Below, piece after piece: positions 28,369-35,549 of a DNA stretch of 64,000 nt (position 1 is its first letter; the number at the start of each line of letters is the position of its first letter). Both the position numbers and the translations under genes were made by a program. The notes beneath the pieces were generated by a model, which saw only the letters and a program-made list of their open reading frames with translations, did no database searches and was not told the origin of the DNA. Source of the stretch: Planctomycetota bacterium (GTDB lineage: Bacteria; Planctomycetota; GCA-002687715; CAIWVZ01); the NCBI GenBank assembly GCA_044222185.1, contig JBGANV010000006.1, positions 96,001-160,000 of the forward strand, read 5' to 3'.

Positions 28369-28384
28369 CGGCACTCGTGTTGCT
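28369..28384 (+). promoter_or_regulatory. Sigma54 (-24/-12) promoter
   Basis: CGGCAC-TCGTG-TTGCT: GG-N10-GC spacing, near-consensus TGGCAC-N5-TTGCW, 70 bp upstream of ATG 28455. Confidence 0.7.
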
Positions 28385-28454
28385 AAGGCGAGAACCGACG
28401 GTCTTCCACGTGCGACGAGAAGACTGTCGAACGCCCCGAACAAGGAACCCCACC

Positions 28455-29654
28455 ATGGCGCGCTGGCACGATCAGTTCTCCCGACTCCGACCGGCCATTC
28501 TCGGCCTGGTCCTGGTGCTCTCCGCGGCGCGCGGCCAGTCGCCGCAGACTCCGCAGGCACCGCTGGCGGATCCCAAGGCCGATCTCGGCCGCGCCCTGTT
28601 CTTCAGCCCGCAGTTGAGCACGGGCGGCAAGACGAGCTGCAGCACGTGCCACGACCCGGAGAAGTCGTTCACCGACGGTCGCGCCGACTCGCGCGGCCAG
28701 CTCGACATCGGGATCGGCCGCAATTCGCCCACGATGTTCGCCATCGGGCAGGTGGAGAGGTTCCGCGATCCCCGGCAGGCCGAGCTGGCCGCGCCCGGGC
28801 GCCGGCCGAAGGTCATGTCGCTCGAGGAGCGTTGCCTCGCTCCCATGGAGAACGAGCTCGAGATGAGCGCGTCCGTCGCCTCCGTCGTGAAGGCGCTGCG
28901 AACGGACAAGACGATGAACGAGAAATTCGATCACGCGTTCGCCGGCACGGGCACCGGCGTGACGAAGGATCGGCTGGCGCAGGCGCTCGCGGCGTACCTG
29001 CGCACGCTCGATCCACCGACGACACCCTATGCCGCGTTCCTCCAAGGCAAGCAGGACGCGCTCACGGAGGTTGAGAAACGCGGCCTCGCGGCGTTCTCGG
29101 GGAAGGGCGCCTGCGGTTCGTGCCATTCGGGCTCCGCACTGAGCGACGGGCTCATGCACGTCGTCGACCCTCCGGGCGGCCAGCGCATTCAGGATCGCGT
29201 TCATGCCGCCACCGAGCGGAAGATCGCGCTCATCAGGCGTGAGTACGAGGTCAAGAAGCCGGGCACGCAGGCGACCATGAGCGTCCAGGCGATGATGGCG
29301 GAAGCCGAGAAGCGCCGCGATCTCCCAGGAGGCGGTGGCTACGACCCCGCGCAGCTCGAGGTCCAGACCACGACGCTGTGGGACGTGGCGCGCACGGGTC
29401 CTTACTTCCGCGATGGCTCGGCCGCCACGCTGAAGGATGCCGTCTCCCAGCACGTGTCCGAGCTCCGCACGGTCGCCGCGCGGAAGGACGAGGTGAAGAA
29501 GACGCTTGCCGAACTCGATCGTGGAGGGAAGCGCAGTCCGATCGAGCTGCGCGTGTCGCGCGAGTCGACGGTTCCCAAGCAGATTCCAGGCGAACTCTCA
29601 GGTCAGGAGATTGACGACATCGTCGTCTTCCTGAAAGCCCTCTCTCCGCGTTGA
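28455..29654 (+). CDS. Di-heme cytochrome c, bacterial Ccp/MauG superfamily (atypical)
   Basis: Signal peptide; LGRALFF..LS..SCSTCH, RNSPT, CGSCH, L.DVARTGPYF.DG, DIVVFLKALS. Confidence 0.9.
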   Translation: MARWHDQFSRLRPAILGLVLVLSAARGQSPQTPQAPLADPKADLGRALFFSPQLSTGGKTSCSTCHDPEKSFTDGRADSRGQLDIGIGRNSPTMFAIGQVERFRDPRQAELAAPGRRPKVMSLEERCLAPMENELEMSASVASVVKALRTDKTMNEKFDHAFAGTGTGVTKDRLAQALAAYLRTLDPPTTPYAAFLQGKQDALTEVEKRGLAAFSGKGACGSCHSGSALSDGLMHVVDPPGGQRIQDRVHAATERKIALIRREYEVKKPGTQATMSVQAMMAEAEKRRDLPGGGGYDPAQLEVQTTTLWDVARTGPYFRDGSAATLKDAVSQHVSELRTVAARKDEVKKTLAELDRGGKRSPIELRVSRESTVPKQIPGELSGQEIDDIVVFLKALSPR

Positions 29655-29765
29655 CGCCGGCGGACGTCTTCGCGGGAACGTCACCCAGAACTTGCGAGCG
29701 ATGGATCGCCCGGCGGCGCAGGGCCGTCGGGAGCGGTCCCGGTGCGTGTCAATGGAGGAACAGGT

Positions 29766-30665
29766 ATGAGATCGAAACGGTGTGCACAGGTCGCGATGGT
29801 CTCCGTCGCGCTCACGCTCGCAACGTCGGCAGCACTCGCGCACGGGTGGACGTTCTCGCCGGTTGGCGGCGGGAACGTCGGAGCGACGACGCAACAAGCG
29901 CCCGCGCGCTTCACGGCTGGCGTCAACAGTACGGAGCCAGGCGCGTCCATGGGGCCGGCGACCGCCAATCCGAGCGGCGGAGTGACGGGCGCAAAGGGCG
30001 GATCGACGGGCCCCGCCAGGTCCAAGAACGCCCTCTCTCACCTCGACAAGGACATCCACATCGATTGGAAGCTCGCCTTCCTGCCGGTCGTCAAGAAGGA
30101 GGGGTATGACCCCGTCGTCCTGACGATCGACGAAGCGCTGACGATGTCCCCCGCCGACGGTGGGTGGCTGCGCGAGAACCGACCGTCGCTCGTGCTGGTG
30201 ACGGATCCGCTCAGCAAGGACCACCAGGCGCTCGTGAACAAGCTGGAGAACGACGTGCGGTTCAAGACCGGCACGTACTTCTTCAACTGCTTCCGACTCG
30301 AGTCCGCGGACGCGGGCAAGGCTCCGAAGGAAGCCCGGCTCATGATCTACGCGGCGAACGGGGCGCTGCTCAACGAGATCGCCGTGGAGCGCAAGCTCCC
30401 GCAGGCGTTCTCCACGCTGGAAGACGCCTTCAAGACAGCGACCGGCGCCGAGCTCTCCGGCGTCGTGTGGAAGATGGACTCGGCATTGAAGACGCGCGCG
30501 GCCCTCGCGCACGCCATGAAGTACGCCGAAGGCGGCATCGTCTGCCCGGACTGCGGTCACGAGCGTGATGACGTCCTGGCCGAGATCGCACGGATCAAGA
30601 TCCGCCAGCAGGAGTGCGAGCTGGCGATCAACGCGCTTCGCGCGCCGACGACGAAGAAGTCGTGA
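29766..30665 (+). CDS. Exported hypothetical protein with Gly/Ala linker and CPDC motif
   Basis: GGAGG RBS; signal peptide; coding-like codon usage; IVCPDCGH near the C-terminus. Confidence 0.75.
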   Translation: MRSKRCAQVAMVSVALTLATSAALAHGWTFSPVGGGNVGATTQQAPARFTAGVNSTEPGASMGPATANPSGGVTGAKGGSTGPARSKNALSHLDKDIHIDWKLAFLPVVKKEGYDPVVLTIDEALTMSPADGGWLRENRPSLVLVTDPLSKDHQALVNKLENDVRFKTGTYFFNCFRLESADAGKAPKEARLMIYAANGALLNEIAVERKLPQAFSTLEDAFKTATGAELSGVVWKMDSALKTRAALAHAMKYAEGGIVCPDCGHERDDVLAEIARIKIRQQECELAINALRAPTTKKS

Positions 30666-30673
30666 GAACACAA

Positions 30674-30867
30674 TGGTCGTCGCGGGATGGCGGTGGTGTC
30701 AGCCCATGAGTTTCGCTCGGTCGCGAGACCGAGTGGAACGCCGTGGTCCGACGTTCAGGCCATTTCGTGTGGGGACAGGGGTAGGTTTCCATCCGTCGCA
30801 TTTCGTGGCGGTGGGTGGACCGGGCCGGGTGTCGGATCCCGACCGTTGCCGTCACCCGTGACGACCA
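30674..30867 (+). ncRNA. Candidate structured RNA of unknown family
   Basis: ~22-bp closing stem joining 30674-30697 to 30842-30867; 12-bp GNRA hairpin (30711-30738); several further stems; many G-U pairs that work only on the + strand. Confidence 0.55.
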
Positions 30868-30896
30868 GGCGCCGCCGCAATACGGCGGCGCCTTTT
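30867..30896 (+). terminator. Rho-independent terminator
   Basis: AGGCGCCGCCG-CAATA-CGGCGGCGCCT perfect 11-bp stem followed by TTT. Confidence 0.8.
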
Positions 30897-30945
30897 CTCG
30901 TTCAACCGCCACTGATGCGGGATGTTTCAGCCTGGGAGTTCGAGC

Positions 30946-32202
30946 ATGTCTCGCCTCAGCCGTGCCACCGTTCGAGCCTGGTCCGTCTGCGTCGCCGTCT
31001 GTGTGGCGACTGCCGTCACGCCGGCGCAACACCATGAGAAGCCGGAGAGTCAGGGCTCCGTGCCCGCGAGCCTGCGACTGAAGGGCGACCCGGGGCGCAC
31101 CGTCGAGTTGCGCGGCACGACCGACGCGCCGTCGGTGACGCATCGCGCCATGGGCGGCATGGTGAAGGACCTGGGCGTCGTCTGCCGCACCTGCGTGGAG
31201 GCTGGGACCACGGCCATGCTGCCGACGCAGAAGACGTGGGCCGATGGCCTGATGCTCGGTGCCGACCTCACGATGATCGAGCCCTGGCTCAAGCGAATGG
31301 CGGGCGTCGATCCGGTGATCCTCTACACCCAGCGCGCAGCGGTCGCCTGTTGCCTGGCGCCGGCGAAGGGCGATGGGATGACTCAGGAGGACCTCGATCT
31401 CCTCCGGGACACCTTCCCGCGGCTCAAGACGATCGACGACGAATTGGATTCACACGCGCGGGCTCACCTGTGGCTGAACCGGATCCGCAAGCTCGGAGAC
31501 CAGTTCGGAGCCCTCGTCGATCCGCAATCCAAGGGGTGGTCGACGATCGACGTCGAGGGCGGCACCCGTGAGATCCGGATCGAGATGTTCCTCTTCTCGC
31601 GGAAGGAGGCCCATGACGCCTTCGTGCAGCGCGCGTTCCAGCCCGGCACGTTCCCGCTGTCCGGCGCCCTGCTCCCATCCGGCGCCACCGGGGCCGTGCA
31701 CCTCGAGCGAGGACTGTCTCCTCAGGCGTGGATGCGGCGGGTCACCTTCTCGACGGCACGACAGTACGCCCGCTCGTGGACGCGCTTTCGTTCGACCGTG
31801 CCGCCGTTCATCGAGGTCGGCCTCGCGCATTACTTCGAGCTGCGACCCGGAAGCGCCCACTTCGACGAGGCCGGTACGTTTCCTCCCGACCTGAAACCGC
31901 CGGAGGACATCGACCAGTTCGTCGCCGACTTCGTCACGGCTGGCAAGGCCGCGGACCTGACTCCGCTGTCACAGACACCCGAATCCGGCCTGTCCGCGCG
32001 CAGCCGGGCGCAGGCCGAGAGCCTGGTTCGATTCCTGGTGGGGCTTGGGCGGGAGAAATTTGGCGTCTTCCTGGACGGGATCCGAAACGCCCGAGCGAAC
32101 CGGCCCGTGGAGCTCGCGTTCCGGGACGCGCTCAAGGCCGCCTACGGGGAGGACTCCGTGGCGGTACGGGGAGCGTGGGAGTCGTGGGTCCGGCAGCCGT
32201 GA
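30946..32202 (+). CDS. Exported hypothetical protein, degenerate peptidase-MA-like fold
   Basis: GGGAG RBS; signal peptide; CRTC; PPFIEVGLAHYFE and AQAESLVRFL resemble peptidase MA-like helices, but no HExxH. Confidence 0.7.
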   Translation: MSRLSRATVRAWSVCVAVCVATAVTPAQHHEKPESQGSVPASLRLKGDPGRTVELRGTTDAPSVTHRAMGGMVKDLGVVCRTCVEAGTTAMLPTQKTWADGLMLGADLTMIEPWLKRMAGVDPVILYTQRAAVACCLAPAKGDGMTQEDLDLLRDTFPRLKTIDDELDSHARAHLWLNRIRKLGDQFGALVDPQSKGWSTIDVEGGTREIRIEMFLFSRKEAHDAFVQRAFQPGTFPLSGALLPSGATGAVHLERGLSPQAWMRRVTFSTARQYARSWTRFRSTVPPFIEVGLAHYFELRPGSAHFDEAGTFPPDLKPPEDIDQFVADFVTAGKAADLTPLSQTPESGLSARSRAQAESLVRFLVGLGREKFGVFLDGIRNARANRPVELAFRDALKAAYGEDSVAVRGAWESWVRQP

Positions 32203-32475
32203 GTCGAGCCTAAGCCGTTCGTTGCGAGGAGGATGCGCCGCGGCGACGCGGCGCCCGGGGGCGCCCGGCCGGCGCGCGGCGCGTGGGAAAGTCCGGGATG
32301 ACTGCCTTGCGAGGCCGTCGCACCCCCGATATTCAGGGCGTTCGATGGTTTGGCCGGGTGTGGAATCGGTGTGGAAAACCGAGTCTGCGCCAGGTTCGCT
32401 GCGCGGGCCCGCCCACGCGCTCACTCCGCATCCGCGGAGCGCGCGCGGGCGGCGCGCACGGAATGAAGACCCTGA

Positions 32476-33186
32476 ATGAGGAAGTTGCGGGTTTCGTTGG
32501 TCCTGTCGCTGGCCGCCGCGTCGGTCGGACTCGTCGGCTGCGAGACGGCGGAGACGTCGGCTGCGCGTCACGCGAGCGGTCCGCGGTTCCCGGAGCCGTC
32601 GACGGAGACCGCGGCGGTGCCTGCTGGACCCGTGGCCGACCCGCCTGCAGAAACGCCCTTCGTGAACTCGTTCGAAGAGCGACCTCAGCCTGCGCTCCGG
32701 CGGCCCACCATGACGAGTGACGCCGGCCGGGAGTTCATCAAACAGCAGGAGGGGCTACGGCTGCGAGCGTATCGCGACGTGTCAGGTGCCACGACGATCG
32801 GGTGGGGACACCGGGTCCTTCCCGGAGAACGGCGGCGGAGCGTCACTCGGTGGGAGGCCGACCAGATCTTCAGCCGCGACATCGTGATCGCCGAGGCCGC
32901 CGTGCGCGACGGCGTGAGCCAGTCGGTGCTTCTCACCCAGGGCCAGTTCGACGCCCTCGTGAGTTTCGTATTCAACGTGGGACCGACGGCTTTTCGCAAC
33001 TCGACGCTGCTTCTGGCCGTGAACCGGTCGGACTTCGACCGCGCCAAATCCGAATTCAAGCGCTGGACGGGTGCGGGCGCGCGCTCGCGCCATGCGGGGC
33101 TCGCCGAGCGCCGTGAGCGTGAGGCCGAGATGTTCGACACGGACGGCGAAACGACCGCCGAATCGCCCCGCACGGCGTCACCGTGA
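32476..33186 (+). CDS. GH24 (phage-type) lysozyme with lipoprotein signal
   Basis: Lipobox LVGC; EGLRLRAYRDVSGATTIGWGH (E-x8-D-x5-T); QFDALVSFVFNVG; GLAERREREAEMF. Confidence 0.92.
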   Translation: MRKLRVSLVLSLAAASVGLVGCETAETSAARHASGPRFPEPSTETAAVPAGPVADPPAETPFVNSFEERPQPALRRPTMTSDAGREFIKQQEGLRLRAYRDVSGATTIGWGHRVLPGERRRSVTRWEADQIFSRDIVIAEAAVRDGVSQSVLLTQGQFDALVSFVFNVGPTAFRNSTLLLAVNRSDFDRAKSEFKRWTGAGARSRHAGLAERREREAEMFDTDGETTAESPRTASP

Positions 33187-33266
33187 CAAGATCCGCCGCT
33201 CGGATGCGGCGATTTGGGAACCCCGGCGATCACGGACCGTCCAACGTCGGCCTGGTTGCAACCCCG

Positions 33267-33857
33267 ATGAATACCCTCACACGTGTGTCGTTGACGATCG
33301 TCGCCCTGCTCATCGTCCCCGCAGTCGCGGCAGCCCAGACTCCTGAGTCGCGACCGGCATCGGTGGCCGACAAAGTCACGTTCGAGCTGCTCCCCGTCAC
33401 GCCCGAGAGCCGTCCGACGGACTCACGGAGACCGCCTCCCATCGCCGTGATCCGCATCACCAACAAGAACCCGGTGGCCGTGACGCTCTGGCCGTTCGCG
33501 GCACTCGAGATCAAGAATGCGAAGGGCGAGATCCAGAAGCCGTCGTCCAATCGCGGCCGATTCGGTCGGCGCCGCCAGGCATGCTTCCTCGAAGCGGTGA
33601 ACTTCGTGACGGTCCAGCCTGGGAAGTCGATCGACTGGCCGGTCGTACTGGACTTGTACACTCACGACCCCGCGTCCCTCGTCGGCTGGAAGCTCGCCCC
33701 GGGTGACTACACGCTTTTCGTGCACTACGGCTACGACCGCGCCGGCTTCGTCGCTCGTTGCAAGCTGGGATGCGAGAGCCACGAGGACGGCTCCCGCGGC
33801 TGGAACACGGCCCTCGAGCTGATCCGTGACGCCACGCTGAAGGTCACGGTCAAGTAG
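33267..33857 (+). CDS. Exported hypothetical protein (Ig-like beta-sandwich)
   Basis: Signal MNTLTRVSLTIVALLIVPAVAAAQ; IRITN..VTVQPGKS..LAPGDYTLFVHY pattern. Confidence 0.75.
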   Translation: MNTLTRVSLTIVALLIVPAVAAAQTPESRPASVADKVTFELLPVTPESRPTDSRRPPPIAVIRITNKNPVAVTLWPFAALEIKNAKGEIQKPSSNRGRFGRRRQACFLEAVNFVTVQPGKSIDWPVVLDLYTHDPASLVGWKLAPGDYTLFVHYGYDRAGFVARCKLGCESHEDGSRGWNTALELIRDATLKVTVK

Positions 33858-34007
33858 GCGCTGCCGGGCGTTCGGCGCGAATCGTGGGGGCCTTCTGGCC
33901 GGCGTCCGCACCCGCCGTCGCCCCATTGCTGAGTGCCGCCCGCCGGCGCTCGTCGTAGCGTGCGCTCGGAACCCGTCGTGCCGGCGGAGTTCCAGGAGCC
34001 CGAGCCC

Positions 34008-35519
34008 ATGTCGCCATCCGTGCCGATCGCCGTCCTGCTGCTCGTCGGTGGAGCCGGTATCGCCCGATCGCAGGTCCCGGAGGCGATCCGCTTCGCGGAC
34101 GTCACGACCGACGCGGGTCTCGGAAGCATCAAGGCCCACGGCGTTGCCACCGGCGATTTCGACGGCGACGAGGCGCTCGACCTTCTGCTCGCCGGGCAGG
34201 AACGCATCTGGCTCTTCCGCAACGTCGGAAAGGGGAAGTTCGTCGACGTCACGGAGAAGGCCGGACTCGCCAAGGTCCGGAACACGCACACGGGCGGCGG
34301 CGCCTACTTCGTCGACTTCGACGACGATGGAGACCTGGACGTCTTCGTCGCGCCGCGCTTCATGCTTCAGAACACCAAGGGCCGGTTCGAGGACGTTTCG
34401 GAGAAGCTGGGCTTCAAGCCGAACGACGACCGGGCCGAGTCGGCTGCGTTCGGGGACTTCAACGGCGACGGACGGCCCGACATCGTCGTCGGGAGGATCG
34501 GTGTCGAAGGGGGCGACCCGTTCGCGGGCGGTCCGCTGCGCCTGTACGTCCGGGATCGCGCCGGCAAGTACCGGGAGTCGGCGAACGAGGTCCTCCAGGG
34601 GATGGAGAATCGCTGCACGCGCATTCCTGCGTGGTGCGACTACGACGGGGACGGCGACCTGGACTTGTACGTGGGCAGTTATCGCTGCTTCGCGGACTAC
34701 CTGTTCGAGAATCGGAACGGCAAGCTCGTGAACGTGGCGAAGGAGGCCGGCTTCCCGCAGACGCCGGGGCAGGCCGACGAGAACGAACACACGATCGGCG
34801 CCGTCTGGCTCGACTACGACGGCGACGGCGATTTCGACCTCTTTCATCACGCACAGCACACCCCACCGCGGCTCCATCGAAACGACGGCGGTGGGAAGTT
34901 CACCGAGGTCGGCAAGGCGGCCGGCGTGGCCGGTGAGACGACGGAACATCTCGGCGTGACCGTCGGCGACTTCGACGACGACGGATGGCCTGACCTCTTC
35001 TACACCGTCGAGCGCGAGGGCGAGTCGGGCAGCGTGCTCTTGCGGAACGACGGGGATGCCACGTTCTCGAACGTCACGGCGGAGTCGGGACTCGGCAAGG
35101 TGTGGGGATTCGGGACCGCGTGCGCCGACTTCGATGGCGATGGCGACCTCGATCTCCTCGTGACGAGCGAGGAGCACTCGGCGGACGGCAAGGGGCTTCA
35201 GGAGATCCACCTCTTCCGCAACGAGTCGGCGAGGACGGGCGCGTGGGCCGACGTTCGGCTGTCGCAGAAGCCGGGCAACCTCCTCGGCGTCGGCGCTCGC
35301 GTGGAGGTCGAAGCCGGTGGCCGCAAGATCGTCCAGCAGGTCGTGTGCGGAGACGGCTCGTTGTCCCAGCGGCCCATGACCCTCCACTTCGGACTGGGTT
35401 CGGCGACGAAGATCGATCGCGTCACGGTGACGTGGCCCGGCAACAAGAAAGAGGTCTTCAAGGACGTGAAGACGGGGCGGCTGAACACGCTCAAGCGCGG
35501 AGCGGGCGTGCCGGGTTGA
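34008..35519 (+). CDS. CRTAC1-like FG-GAP/VCBS repeat protein with C-terminal ASPIC/UnbV domain
   Basis: Repeated DFDGDGDLDL motifs; C-terminal GVGARVEV..SQ....LHFGLG..VTWP. Confidence 0.92.
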   Translation: MSPSVPIAVLLLVGGAGIARSQVPEAIRFADVTTDAGLGSIKAHGVATGDFDGDEALDLLLAGQERIWLFRNVGKGKFVDVTEKAGLAKVRNTHTGGGAYFVDFDDDGDLDVFVAPRFMLQNTKGRFEDVSEKLGFKPNDDRAESAAFGDFNGDGRPDIVVGRIGVEGGDPFAGGPLRLYVRDRAGKYRESANEVLQGMENRCTRIPAWCDYDGDGDLDLYVGSYRCFADYLFENRNGKLVNVAKEAGFPQTPGQADENEHTIGAVWLDYDGDGDFDLFHHAQHTPPRLHRNDGGGKFTEVGKAAGVAGETTEHLGVTVGDFDDDGWPDLFYTVEREGESGSVLLRNDGDATFSNVTAESGLGKVWGFGTACADFDGDGDLDLLVTSEEHSADGKGLQEIHLFRNESARTGAWADVRLSQKPGNLLGVGARVEVEAGGRKIVQQVVCGDGSLSQRPMTLHFGLGSATKIDRVTVTWPGNKKEVFKDVKTGRLNTLKRGAGVPG

Positions 35520-35549
35520 CCGCGGCGCCCCTGCGCGGAGGGGCTGGAC

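Noticed and set aside
30831-30867. tRNA/tmRNA-like 3' end (GTCGG..CCGAC ... ACCA)
   Set aside because: The loop is ATC rather than TTCRAAT, and no cloverleaf or tmRNA 5' end is present.
30663-31037. Selenocysteine readthrough of TGA 30663-30665 with the downstream structure acting as SECIS
   Set aside because: The in-frame continuation is not protein-like, has no redox-motif context and would run through a terminator.
32285-32297. RNase P-like GGAAAGTCCGGG motif
   Set aside because: No matching 3' P4 strand (AGAAnnCGGCTTA-like) and too little intergenic space.
32476-33857. Prophage around the lysozyme
   Set aside because: No holin, structural, replication or integrase genes, and no compositional shift.
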